In this document: one piece after another, positions 1 to 9,504 of the stretch
How positions within the stretch are numbered: position 1 is the stretch's first letter
Layout: every line of letters starts with the position of its first letter
Virus record (IMG/VR): IMGVR_UViG_3300028603_000017
Coordinates: 160,001 to 224,000 of that record
Strand: one strand, 5' to 3'
Length of the DNA stretch: 64,000 nt
From: a virus
Lineage: Duplodnaviria; Caudoviricetes
Made by a program: the position numbers and the translations under genes
Notes under the pieces: model-generated
Database searches by the model: none
What the model saw: only the letters and a program-made list of their open reading frames with translations
What the model was told of the DNA's origin: nothing

Positions 1-83
1 ACGCTGGCTATTACATTGATAGGATAGAGCCTATTGTAGTAGACCTAGCTCACTCTCACTATAGACTCCAACAAGAGTTTAAA

Positions 84-380
84 TTGCTCAATGCTTTAGA
101 CTATAAAGACAGAATCATAGCCAACTGCATGATCAAGTCTGTAGCTGAAGTATTTTGTCTACCAGTTATATATCCCAGACACAACATCATTAAAAACGAT
201 ATTTCTGAATTTGATCAGTATTTCTACAATAAAGTCAAAACACTATCTGATTTCTTGGTTTTTCAACATGTAGATCGTCAAAGCTTATCTATGTTCAATG
301 GAGACGAAGTGCTTTGTATATTGCACAATAGAGAGCTAATCCTTTTAAACCACAATGAGTCAATTCACCAGTCTGTCTGA
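84..380 (+). CDS. hypothetical protein (true 5' end may lie upstream or outside the window)
   Basis: 98-aa ORF from TTG, overlapping the next gene; no recognisable motif. Confidence 0.45.
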   Translation: MLNALDYKDRIIANCMIKSVAEVFCLPVIYPRHNIIKNDISEFDQYFYNKVKTLSDFLVFQHVDRQSLSMFNGDEVLCILHNRELILLNHNESIHQSV

Positions 381-1029
381 TATCTTAGTTGCCAATAGTC
401 ACATCATCCTGTCTTTAGGAGAAGTAGCTAGTTTCATAGAGAGAAAATATGCTAAGGTAATAAAACCTTATGCCAAAGGTATTTATAAGATCGGTGAGAG
501 ATATCCGTCTGTGGTCAGCGATGTAACTTATTTTGTTAAGGATACGCAAGATCATAATAAAGTTGAACAATTAACAGATATATCCAGTTTAACGGATACT
601 AGTTATATTGTTGATGAAAATAACTCTGTCGTTATAGATAATTTCTATATTAAGAACAGAGACTCAGCTTTATCTATGTCTCCATCTTTACCTATTCATG
701 GGTATGAAATAGCCAAACAAGCTATTGCTCACTACATAGGAAAAAGAAATCCCTATACAAGAGATGCTAGTACAGCTTTAAACCATATTAGCAAACTCCT
801 GATAGATGGCATCGACCATCAAGATGCTATTACCTTTATTCTAGACGAATGTGTATTTACGCCTGTGTATATGCAGATCGATAGTTTTATAGGTAAAGAT
901 ATCTATCATGTGTATTTTTATAAAACAGTTAGTATTTGCGATTTGGTCATTGAAAAAACCATTGACTGGAGAGCATACCAATGGCACTTAAACCAACAAG
1001 ATCAAGACAGTGAGCATCATTATCCTTGA
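355..1029 (+). CDS. hypothetical protein
   Basis: 224-aa ORF, first of a tightly overlapping operon. Confidence 0.75.
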   Translation: MSQFTSLSDILVANSHIILSLGEVASFIERKYAKVIKPYAKGIYKIGERYPSVVSDVTYFVKDTQDHNKVEQLTDISSLTDTSYIVDENNSVVIDNFYIKNRDSALSMSPSLPIHGYEIAKQAIAHYIGKRNPYTRDASTALNHISKLLIDGIDHQDAITFILDECVFTPVYMQIDSFIGKDIYHVYFYKTVSICDLVIEKTIDWRAYQWHLNQQDQDSEHHYP

Positions 1030-1462
1030 ACTTGAAAATTGTAGATCCAGATTTGAGAGCATAGTGAGGTCTTTAATTCAAGCAAAGGGTCTACAGTTTT
1101 CTGTAATTGATACATCTAAGATAGATTTAATTTACAATGAGATAGCACAACTGCTTACTAACAATATCTTAGAATCAATTAAAAATAAGAGTCTTAGCTA
1201 CACGATGCTAGACTCTGCCACAGCCAGTATTGACATTACATCTGTTGTCGATAGATTTAACTACCATTTGTTTAGTGAGTATTCGATAGATATCTCATTT
1301 GACTCTTTGTATCAGATGGTGTCAAATATTGAGATGTCTGTGATAAATGATATTGTTTATCATTTACCCAATATCGATAATAATGATTTAGAGATCGTAT
1401 CTCACCACTTTGAGCCTATTAACAACTTAGTAATTGAATACAATAATGTTGTTACTGCTTGA
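1010..1462 (+). CDS. hypothetical acidic protein (possible paralog-array member)
   Basis: 150-aa ORF overlapping both neighbours. Confidence 0.7.
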   Translation: MSIIILELENCRSRFESIVRSLIQAKGLQFSVIDTSKIDLIYNEIAQLLTNNILESIKNKSLSYTMLDSATASIDITSVVDRFNYHLFSEYSIDISFDSLYQMVSNIEMSVINDIVYHLPNIDNNDLEIVSHHFEPINNLVIEYNNVVTA

Positions 1463-1802
1463 CTATAATGAACTCAGATACAATTTCATGGCCTGTAAGC
1501 CTTTGTCAGACCATGTTGAGTTATCTGAGTTCATTGATATCCTACTTAAAAATAGTCCAGATCAAAGCGATAGGTATTTAAAAGCCAATCTTTGGCAAGC
1601 CATAGAGTCATCGACTGCATTTAGCAGCGATGATTTTATTATGTCTGTCAATGACGACTATTTAACAGCTATCGATGTATTGATAGAGACTTATGGTGAT
1701 TTTCTTTTTAACTTCATTAAGCAAAAGTCTGGAATTGATATCTTTGAAAAAAATATTAAAGGTATTCAATTCAATAGCGATAGCTTGATTATTCAACTAT
1801 GA
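1434..1802 (+). CDS. hypothetical acidic protein (possible paralog-array member)
   Basis: 122-aa ORF; ATGA overlap with the next gene. Confidence 0.7.
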   Translation: MNTIMLLLLDYNELRYNFMACKPLSDHVELSEFIDILLKNSPDQSDRYLKANLWQAIESSTAFSSDDFIMSVNDDYLTAIDVLIETYGDFLFNFIKQKSGIDIFEKNIKGIQFNSDSLIIQL

Positions 1803-2209
1803 CAAATGAATTACCTTATCAATATATCGTCGTCAATATTGATAAGTCTTATTCTAAACTCAAGAACTATCTAGAAGTATCTTGGCTACCCACTATTGAT
1901 ATAGAAGCGCTGCTCTCTATTATCTTTACTGTTTTTAGCAGAGTCTCTGAAGTAGAAACAACAACAGACAGAACTATTCAGGAACTACTGCTAGAAACCT
2001 TTGAATTCAAAGACAGCACTTTAGTCACTAACGTAGCATTTTCTCAATATATGACTAAAGTGCTGCAAGATGTTGTGCAAGATATTTATGATGAACTCCT
2101 GCATCAAGGATTCTTAATTTACGAAACATTTCCTTATGAATACCGACGCTCGCTACCAGACGGAAGCGTGGTGCTCGCCAAGATTGTTGATACTGGATCT
2201 ACAGTATGA
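1799..2209 (+). CDS. hypothetical acidic protein (possible paralog-array member)
   Basis: 136-aa ORF, translationally coupled to the previous gene. Confidence 0.75.
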   Translation: MTNELPYQYIVVNIDKSYSKLKNYLEVSWLPTIDIEALLSIIFTVFSRVSEVETTTDRTIQELLLETFEFKDSTLVTNVAFSQYMTKVLQDVVQDIYDELLHQGFLIYETFPYEYRRSLPDGSVVLAKIVDTGSTV

Positions 2210-2597
2210 TCATATATTGGTAGAGACTCTTCTAAATACCATAAATCCAGACGTTAAGCAAGAAGATATTCTTCTGACTATCTTTGCTGAACTATTATCT
2301 AAAAACAAAGACAAAATAGTAGATACTTATGCTTTTGCTGAATTTGTGGTAGCAATATGTGTAGATTCTCTAGAAATGATGGAGACTTATAAAGAAGAAG
2401 TCTTTATTCTACAAACGATCTTTGCCAATTGTGTTGAAGCTGTTGAGGACACTATATTCCCTTTTAATTTAACGGACTACCAAATGTTTGTAGACTGGGA
2501 TATTGGTCAGATCATGTTAATTCATCCTGAAGCAATAGATCAAATTCAAGAATGTTTTAATAATGCAAGCTACCAACCCATTGTTTCAGCCCAATAA
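2136..2597 (+). CDS. hypothetical acidic protein (start uncertain)
   Basis: 153-aa ORF within the operon. Confidence 0.65.
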   Translation: MNTDARYQTEAWCSPRLLILDLQYDHILVETLLNTINPDVKQEDILLTIFAELLSKNKDKIVDTYAFAEFVVAICVDSLEMMETYKEEVFILQTIFANCVEAVEDTIFPFNLTDYQMFVDWDIGQIMLIHPEAIDQIQECFNNASYQPIVSAQ

Positions 2598-2994
2598 ACT
2601 ACCTTTGTCTGAAATTGTTATTATTGAATCCTACGATATCTTTGAGTTATTCAATGCTTTAGAGTTTGAAGTATCTTGGAACTCACAACAAGAAATACTC
2701 AGACAAGCTTTTAAAGTGCTGGATGATCCTCAGCTAAAGTTAGGTACTCCTATTACAACAATAACAATGTCAGCTGGTATTGTTACTCGTTATTTGGTAG
2801 AGGAGTTTTCTATCAATCAAATGGTAGTGCTTAATGATCTGTTTAGGAAAATAATTTTAACGATCTACTTCAGATGTTATGAAAACAAATTGTTTGTAGG
2901 ATCAAATTATCCAACAGTACCAGCTTTTCCTTATTTCCTAGAGAATATAGATTTAGCTGGTTGTGTTCTTAGGTTGGATAGAACATATTTTTAG
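2563..2994 (+). CDS. hypothetical protein (possible paralog-array member)
   Basis: 143-aa ORF within the operon. Confidence 0.7.
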   Translation: MQATNPLFQPNKLPLSEIVIIESYDIFELFNALEFEVSWNSQQEILRQAFKVLDDPQLKLGTPITTITMSAGIVTRYLVEEFSINQMVVLNDLFRKIILTIYFRCYENKLFVGSNYPTVPAFPYFLENIDLAGCVLRLDRTYF

Positions 2995-3005
2995 GTTTGA
3001 CATAA

Positions 3006-3392
3006 ATGCTATCCATCAATTCCTATTATTCCTTTAATACCAAGGTACCAGGTATTTTAGGAGAATCATTTAATAATTTAAAATTGGTATCTGTTATGAC
3101 GTATGAGTTAGCTTCTAACTACATCAACGTTGTTTCAATGCATGCCAATATTTATCCAGCTTTACCGCAAGGTATTCCAGATAATCCTGAGAGTTATACT
3201 TATTATCTATTCAAAACAGAATCCAACACCAACGTGGTTTTGGCTGATGTGTGGATTGATGATAATACTATTACAGAAAAAGGCTCTCAATCGATGGTCG
3301 TTGAGATTCCTAGAGTAACCAACTCTGATATTGTCAGACTCAATACTGTTTTGAGAACAATGGGATTTAACTACACTTCTCGTGTGGTGTAA
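3006..3392 (+). CDS. conserved jumbo-phage hypothetical protein (phiKZ gp49-like by position)
   Basis: 128-aa ORF (HANIYPALP...YTYYLF...WID) upstream of the DNA polymerase gene, as in phiKZ-like phages. Confidence 0.65.
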   Translation: MLSINSYYSFNTKVPGILGESFNNLKLVSVMTYELASNYINVVSMHANIYPALPQGIPDNPESYTYYLFKTESNTNVVLADVWIDDNTITEKGSQSMVVEIPRVTNSDIVRLNTVLRTMGFNYTSRVV

Positions 3393-3419
3393 TAATTTAT
3401 TACTGTATATATTCTATGT

Positions 3420-3905
3420 GAAGTAATCACGAATAACAAAGATGTATCTAAATAACTAGGCTGGAGTAGTGAATAACACTCTGATCTGGTTATTGGATGT
3501 ATCTTTATGCGGTTATTTCCGTCGTTGTTGTGTTGTGAAGAGTCGAACCCTGTGAGTAATAGCGCTTACAGCCATAAATCTCCTTGTGCTTGATGCTTAC
3601 AAGGCTGTAATTGATTGCTATTTACTCACAGGGCTAGACCTAAAAGGTTTCGTAGTGTTGAAGTCGCTGAACCCACATACCTTAGAGCGAGCCCTACTCG
3701 GACTCTATTAATACTTCAACACGTTTTAGGGAGTGAGCAAAGCCGAGGGCGTCGGTTTCAAAGAAAAGTAAATGTTTGACAAAACTCTTTTTCTTTCCTT
3801 TTTCAGGTTTTGTCAAATGGTTCGGGCCATTGGTTGTGGAAGTCAGTGAAGTGATGGTGCTTTTCTTGTTGTTCACGAAACGAAACTAGGTATGTGGTGT
3901 TCTAT
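3420..3905 (+). ncRNA. candidate large structured non-coding RNA
   Basis: No credible ORF. Long stems with many G-U pairs: 3438-3449/3495-3506, 3548-3559/3622-3633, 3655-3664/3713-3722, 3761-3770/3858-3867, 3775-3786/3806-3817. Crossing pairings 3673-3682/3888-3897 and 3647-3653/3875-3881. TATATT promoter-like motif upstream and a palindrome downstream. Confidence 0.6.
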
Positions 3906-3913
3906 ACAAGCTG

Positions 3914-3949
3914 GTAGCTATTTCTGTCCAATTGGACAGAAATAGCTAC
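3914..3949. terminator. perfect 36-bp palindrome (intergenic hairpin family)
   Basis: gtagctatttctgtccaa/ttggacagaaatagctac followed by TATG. Confidence 0.6.
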
Positions 3950-4011
3950 TATGCTGCTAATTTTATTTTTTCACCATTATGTTGTGTTAATAGGTAGAAT
4001 TTAAAAAAGTA

Positions 4012-6141
4012 ATGCAAAACCCATTTATTCTCCCAGCAGAGCAATATAAAAGAACAATTGATCCTTTAGGAGACTATTTGAATCAAACAGCACATTACCT
4101 GAATATTTCTACAGGTAAAGCTTTTGATGAATGCAAAGAGTTTGTTAAAAAGAAACTCAAAGACGGCACTTTTCAAATAAAGATTCCACAAGTACAATAC
4201 ATGGAACGTCAAGAAAATGGCGACCGTGTATTGCTCAGAGGATCTTTATTAGGCTATATTCAGCAAACTGTTAAAAATGGTGATGTGATAGCTCCGTCTT
4301 TTACAACATATAAACATGCTGATAAATATGAATCTTTACTAGCTAGCTTCATTGATGGTAACGTAGCCGGTAGATCTAAAGCTAAAAAAGAAGAGTTTGC
4401 TGCTAAAGCTGCTGGTAAAAAAGACTTAGCACAATATAAAAACCTAGAGCAAACAGGCAGAAAGCTATCCAATAATGCTATTTCTGGTGCTCACGTATCA
4501 ACCAGTACGCCATTGGTCAATAAAACAGCTCATTCGTCTTTGACCAGTACATGTAGGGCAACATCTGGATACGGTAATGCCAATAACGAAAAACTCATGA
4601 CTGGCAATAGACATTACTGGAATCCTAATGTTACTTTAAACAATATAGTTTCTATCGTTACCCATACAGACTATGAGCTCTTACAATCTGTCGTAACAAA
4701 ATACAATATCCATCTTCCTACTGTGGAGGATACGATGGATTGTATTCAGTATTCTTCAGATATATATTGGAAAAATGAAGTAGCTATGAACCATATTTAT
4801 GAACTCGTAGCAAAACTCACTCCACTACAAAGAGCTGCTTTTGTTTATACAGGCGATCTTTATCATTTAAGAAAACACAACGATCAGCTCTTAAGAGTAT
4901 TCTTATCTCAGTTATCATCTAAGCACTACGAGATTGATGTAGAAGATACTTTTGATTTTGTTAAGAACTCTAGAGAAGATTATCTTAATTTAGCTCATCA
5001 GATATGTTCTGATGAAATGAGATCCAAAGGTAAAGATTATGTTGCTTTAAAAGGTACTACCAATTTAAAGACACTAGCTGCTACTACCAGAAATATTGAT
5101 TCAGTATTAACCAATTATGCTGATTTAATTAAAGCTATAATGGTTACTGAGAATATGCCTGCATCAGTAGCATATTTTCCTGAATCTGTCAGACGAGCTG
5201 CTCTGATGTCAGATACAGACTCTACTATCTTTACTGTAGAGGAGTGGGTACAATGGTATTGTGGTGATATTGGTTTTAAGCAAGAACATATGTCAATAGC
5301 AGCAAGCTGTATCTTTTTAGCAGCTCAAGCTATCACACATATTCTGGCTATGATGTCAGCTAACTTTAACGTACAGAAAAAACGTCTTTATCAAATTGCG
5401 ATGAAGAACGAATTCAAGTTTGATGTATTTGTACCAACCAATGTAGCCAAACATTATTTTGCCAGTATATCTTGCCAGGAAGGCAATATCTTAGCTGAAT
5501 CTGATGTAGAAATCAAAGGTGTTCACTTAAAGAACTCTAATTCTCCAAAATTCATTACGAGCAAAGCTTCAAAGATGATGGAAGAGATTATGAATACTAT
5601 TATGGATACAGGTAAGATATCTATTCTTAAGTATCTGAAAGAGATTGCTGATATTGAAAGAACTGTTTTTGATTCTATTAAAAATGGTAAACTGGAGTTC
5701 TTTAGATTAGGAGAAATCAAGCAGCCTCAAGCTTATGTCAGAAAACCTGAGGAATCTCCATATGTTTACAATATGCTTTGGGAACAAGTCTTTGCTCCTA
5801 AATATGGTCCAGCTCCTGCATTACCCTATCAAACATTAAGAGTAGCTACTACGATTGATAATCCTACAAAGACCAAGAAGTGGTTAGAGAGTATGGAAGA
5901 TAGAGAATTAGCTGAACGTATGAGAAACTGGTTAGGTGGATTAGGTAAAGTCAATTTACCGAGTTTAATGCTACCGGCAGAGATTACAACAACTAATGGT
6001 ATTCCTAAAGAGATTTTAGATATTATTGATACTAGAAAGATTGTGTATAATTTATGCAAGATTTTCTATTTGATATTAGAGACATTAGGTTTTTATATTT
6101 GTAATGATAATATTACTCGACTAGTATCTGACCAATATTGA
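4012..6141 (+). CDS. divergent B-family DNA polymerase, polymerase-domain subunit (phiKZ gp50-like)
   Basis: Motif B-like KLSNNAISG, motif C SDTDS, and KHYFA and EIKGV motifs; located just upstream of the chimallin block. Confidence 0.85.
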   Translation: MQNPFILPAEQYKRTIDPLGDYLNQTAHYLNISTGKAFDECKEFVKKKLKDGTFQIKIPQVQYMERQENGDRVLLRGSLLGYIQQTVKNGDVIAPSFTTYKHADKYESLLASFIDGNVAGRSKAKKEEFAAKAAGKKDLAQYKNLEQTGRKLSNNAISGAHVSTSTPLVNKTAHSSLTSTCRATSGYGNANNEKLMTGNRHYWNPNVTLNNIVSIVTHTDYELLQSVVTKYNIHLPTVEDTMDCIQYSSDIYWKNEVAMNHIYELVAKLTPLQRAAFVYTGDLYHLRKHNDQLLRVFLSQLSSKHYEIDVEDTFDFVKNSREDYLNLAHQICSDEMRSKGKDYVALKGTTNLKTLAATTRNIDSVLTNYADLIKAIMVTENMPASVAYFPESVRRAALMSDTDSTIFTVEEWVQWYCGDIGFKQEHMSIAASCIFLAAQAITHILAMMSANFNVQKKRLYQIAMKNEFKFDVFVPTNVAKHYFASISCQEGNILAESDVEIKGVHLKNSNSPKFITSKASKMMEEIMNTIMDTGKISILKYLKEIADIERTVFDSIKNGKLEFFRLGEIKQPQAYVRKPEESPYVYNMLWEQVFAPKYGPAPALPYQTLRVATTIDNPTKTKKWLESMEDRELAERMRNWLGGLGKVNLPSLMLPAEITTTNGIPKEILDIIDTRKIVYNLCKIFYLILETLGFYICNDNITRLVSDQY

Positions 6142-6149
6142 TGACATAT

Positions 6150-6182
6150 GTAGCTATAGGAGCAATAAGCTCCTATAGCTAC
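6150..6182. terminator. hairpin between convergent genes
   Basis: gtagctataggagc-aataa-gctcctatagctac, flanked by CATA and TATG. Confidence 0.65.
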
Positions 6183-7276
6183 TATGACGCAATTGTACTG
6201 AGAATCTCTTGTATTAAGAGCTTATTTTGTAATTGTGATCTAGAAGATAGAATCATATCCAAAGCTCTATCATTTTCATACAGCTTGAAATACCTCATGA
6301 TCATATTGTTGTTTGTCTTATCTAGCCTATTACCATGATCTTTAGCTATTTTAACTAAAAAGTCTAAAGCTGTTAATCTAGCGACTACGTTAGTCCAAAT
6401 AGATTGTTTGGTAGGAGCGTTATCTGGTAAAACTAAAGCTTTAGCAAAATCTCCAGCAGACGGTACTGGAAATCCTTGTAATATAGCTGAATACTTTCTA
6501 TCAGAGCCTTTATAGTAAGCGATAATGTTAGAATAGATATCGTCTATTCTAGAGCTATAATCTGTTATATGAAATACATGCTTTTTATAACTCAAACCCA
6601 TAGGTGAGTTATTTAAGAGATTATAAGCTCTGTTGAATAAAGCAATGTCCAAATGAGAATCTAACATATTAGGCAATACATACATGTGTATAAATTGCGC
6701 TACTGATTTAGGAGACTCTCCTTTTTCTAATACCTTTAGCTCTTCAAATAAAAAAGATCTAAACTGAACTGCTAATAAAGCAATATTAAGACCTATAACA
6801 GCTGTGCCTGATTCATTACCAATATATTTACCATTAGGCAATAATAGACTTAAATCTGATTTAGGATGGTATATGACTTTAACAGCTGAGAGAGTTTTCC
6901 AATTCTTTTGAGCTTCATATACATCAAAATAATCATCCATAGCCACAATAATCTCATCAATATCTCCACCATAAAAGATATCTCTGAATATATTGCCTCT
7001 ATAAATAGGAGAGGATATTTTTAGACCCATAGCCAAATGAAAGGCTTTGGCATCTATAATGTCTGCAAATCGTTCTAGGTTATAATTAAAAGGAACACCT
7101 AAGTTATTCAGTAGCCTAATGAGTAAATGATTAGACTTTACTGCAAAGGGTCTATCGTAGAAATAGTTCTTTACTTGTTCTAGATTTCTTTTTAAACCAT
7201 TTTCTACGTAAGGCCATCCAGCTGGACTTAGTGCTCCTTGAGTATAACCAATAGGAGAGTTAAATAATTCAATCAT
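6182..7276 (-). CDS. conserved jumbo-phage protein (phiKZ gp52-like, probably virion-associated)
   Basis: 364-aa minus-strand ORF between the DNA polymerase and chimallin genes, the conserved arrangement in phiKZ-like phages. Confidence 0.7.
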   Translation of the reverse strand: MIELFNSPIGYTQGALSPAGWPYVENGLKRNLEQVKNYFYDRPFAVKSNHLLIRLLNNLGVPFNYNLERFADIIDAKAFHLAMGLKISSPIYRGNIFRDIFYGGDIDEIIVAMDDYFDVYEAQKNWKTLSAVKVIYHPKSDLSLLLPNGKYIGNESGTAVIGLNIALLAVQFRSFLFEELKVLEKGESPKSVAQFIHMYVLPNMLDSHLDIALFNRAYNLLNNSPMGLSYKKHVFHITDYSSRIDDIYSNIIAYYKGSDRKYSAILQGFPVPSAGDFAKALVLPDNAPTKQSIWTNVVARLTALDFLVKIAKDHGNRLDKTNNNMIMRYFKLYENDRALDMILSSRSQLQNKLLIQEILSTIAS

Positions 7277-7479
7277 AATTAGTTATTTATGTATAACATA
7301 GAATAATCGCTTTATATAAAAGCTAAAAGTAAAAATTTATTTTATATTGCCTATGATATAGATAAAGATCTACGCTTCAATCTTACTCATTAGTGGGTAA
7401 GAGCGTAGAACTTATATCACGGACCTTTGATTTTGTAATGTTAATAAAAACTGTGTTTCAAAAAATCACAGTCACTTAT

Positions 7480-7487
7480 TATATTAC
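7480..7487 (+). promoter_or_regulatory. phiKZ-type early (virion RNAP) promoter motif TATATTAC upstream of chimallin
   Basis: Exact TATATTAC ~70 nt before the chmA ATG, followed by an AAAGGA RBS. Confidence 0.65.
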
Positions 7488-7553
7488 TGAATCGAAAGCA
7501 ATCGATTCATCAAAGCTTTGATAAACGCAATATTGTAATAAAGGAAACATAGC

Positions 7554-9440
7554 ATGGCTATTCATGACGGCACTTCACAACAAGCCGCACAACCTCAAGC
7601 AGCTACCCAAGCCGCATTTGATGCTCCTCTAGCAGCTACTGCAGCTGCACCTCAATCGCAAGCACAACAACAAAAAATGAACCAAACTTTCTCCTTTCAC
7701 TCCAACAGCGGTATCTTCGGCACGCCTATCGGTCGCACACCTGGCACGGAAGTGCTGGTGAGCCTGCAAGAAAAGCTCACCGAAATCTACAAGCAAGCCA
7801 AGGACAGTTCTTTTGAGTTTGCGCTCTTTCCTCTGGACAAGAACAACGAACAACAGCTGTATTTCTCAGCTCTGGTTGTTCTGGGTTTTGTACGTGGCGA
7901 TCGCAAGAACGCTGCCTACCACACCCTGATTCTGGAAGCTTCCAACGACGATCCAGGCTCTATCCATCAGCAAGTCCAAAACGACATGATCGAAGTGATT
8001 CGTGTTGCTTCGGATGCTTCGGATAACGAACTCAACAAGATCGCTGTGGAAAAGCTGACTCAAGCTTTCCCTGGCGTGCAGCTGTTTAACGCTGACTCTA
8101 TGGTTGTTCCTCGAAAGTTCAACCTGGAAGACAAGACAGCGGTGCACAATTTGGCACTGAACGCTGCTATGGCCAGTACCACGGAGCTGCGCAAGCGCAC
8201 TCCTGGTTATAGCGATCTGAATATGGCTGGCTTTGCTCGTGACTCTAGCCTGGTGGTAACACCTCGCTTTGAAACCAGCACTGTCAAGAACATTGATGAG
8301 CTGCCTCGTCGTCAAGACGTCAAGATCGTGTTTGGCTCTCAACAAGTCAAGCAACAAAACAACCAGTCTCTGAATTCAGGTGATCGTTCTGCTGCTCTGG
8401 CAGAGATCTCTGGCTATATTGACCTGCTGTGGGCTCCGGTTAATCCCGTGGCTCAATACGGTATGATGCCTGTGCCTGGCTATCAGATGCCTGCTCAAAA
8501 GTATGCAGCTAACCTGATCATTACCAACTTCTTCAGCCCTCGCCTGTCGACTCTGGCCGGTGTTCTGCTGGCTCTGACCACCGTCAAGGCTTTCTCCGAT
8601 CAGAACAACTGGTACGGTGCTTTCCGATCCAACGGCGTGCGTAGCAATATGCGCGATATTGGTTATCTGAACATCGAAGCCAATCTGGGTGGTGACCCGA
8701 ACCAGCCTGGCTCTCCTGTGGAAATCTCTATGGATTCCTACGGTGCGGCAGATCTGTATCGTTATCTGAACCAGCTGATCCGTCCGGGTCTGGCTATTTC
8801 GATTGACGTGCCTGAGTCTGGTCCTGAGTCCTGGCTGCTCTCAGTTCTGAGCGTAGCTGCCTCTGGCAGTGAGCACTCTGGTGATGCACAGCGCATGATC
8901 TTCAACGCTGCTCAAACGCTAACCAACGGTAACTTTGCGAATTTCTTCCCGCAAGGTGCATCCATGTTCGACAACGTTGGTAACCCTGTACATCTTGGTT
9001 ACTACGAGTCCGACAAGGATACCTACCGTGATATCCGTGATATCGACTACGTGGCTGTCGCTGCTCTGAGTCGTGATCTGGATAGCATCAAGCGCTGGTC
9101 TGATACCTGGACGGCTACGTCTGTTCCTCTGGGCAAGCGCATGGATACCCGTCAGCGCTTCATCCGTGATCTGACTGGTGGTAAGGCTGTGTTTACTGGT
9201 AAGGCTAACCGCGTTACCTTTAGCGCTGCTTTCATCGATGCTCTGGTCAAGGGCTGCGCGGCTGTGGGTGTTACGCCTCGTCTGGACGCCAATGGTCTGG
9301 GTAATGTGGTGGTGGATCGCGGCACCGCGTCCTTCATCGATCAAGCTCTGGTGGGTCCTGCACCTACTAACTTCTTCAGCTCCGGTATTGTGGGTGGCTA
9401 TACCAATAGCTATGCTCCCAACAACTTCCGTACCTGGTAA
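7554..9440 (+). CDS. chmA: chimallin, major phage nuclear shell protein (phiKZ gp54-like)
   Basis: 628 aa with a Q/A-rich flexible N-terminus, RDIGYLN and RDIRDIDYVAV motifs, GC-richer codon usage suggesting high expression, and position just upstream of the nvRNAP beta-prime gene. Confidence 0.85.
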   Translation: MAIHDGTSQQAAQPQAATQAAFDAPLAATAAAPQSQAQQQKMNQTFSFHSNSGIFGTPIGRTPGTEVLVSLQEKLTEIYKQAKDSSFEFALFPLDKNNEQQLYFSALVVLGFVRGDRKNAAYHTLILEASNDDPGSIHQQVQNDMIEVIRVASDASDNELNKIAVEKLTQAFPGVQLFNADSMVVPRKFNLEDKTAVHNLALNAAMASTTELRKRTPGYSDLNMAGFARDSSLVVTPRFETSTVKNIDELPRRQDVKIVFGSQQVKQQNNQSLNSGDRSAALAEISGYIDLLWAPVNPVAQYGMMPVPGYQMPAQKYAANLIITNFFSPRLSTLAGVLLALTTVKAFSDQNNWYGAFRSNGVRSNMRDIGYLNIEANLGGDPNQPGSPVEISMDSYGAADLYRYLNQLIRPGLAISIDVPESGPESWLLSVLSVAASGSEHSGDAQRMIFNAAQTLTNGNFANFFPQGASMFDNVGNPVHLGYYESDKDTYRDIRDIDYVAVAALSRDLDSIKRWSDTWTATSVPLGKRMDTRQRFIRDLTGGKAVFTGKANRVTFSAAFIDALVKGCAAVGVTPRLDANGLGNVVVDRGTASFIDQALVGPAPTNFFSSGIVGGYTNSYAPNNFRTW

Positions 9441-9470
9441 GTCAATAAAGCTCTCGTAGCTAACTAATAG

Positions 9471-9504
9471 TAATTCCCAGGAGTGTAAAAGCTCCTGGGA
9501 ATTA
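9471..9504 (+). terminator. hairpin terminator after chmA
   Basis: taattcccaggag...ctcctgggaatta, then TG and a T-rich tract. Confidence 0.7.

Noticed and set aside
3694-3876. 60-aa minus-strand ORF in the structured region
   Set aside because: No RBS or protein-like features; the G-U pairing bias favours a + strand RNA
7629-9459. Several antisense or alternative-frame ORFs within chmA
   Set aside because: Shadow ORFs caused by the GC-richer, biased codon usage
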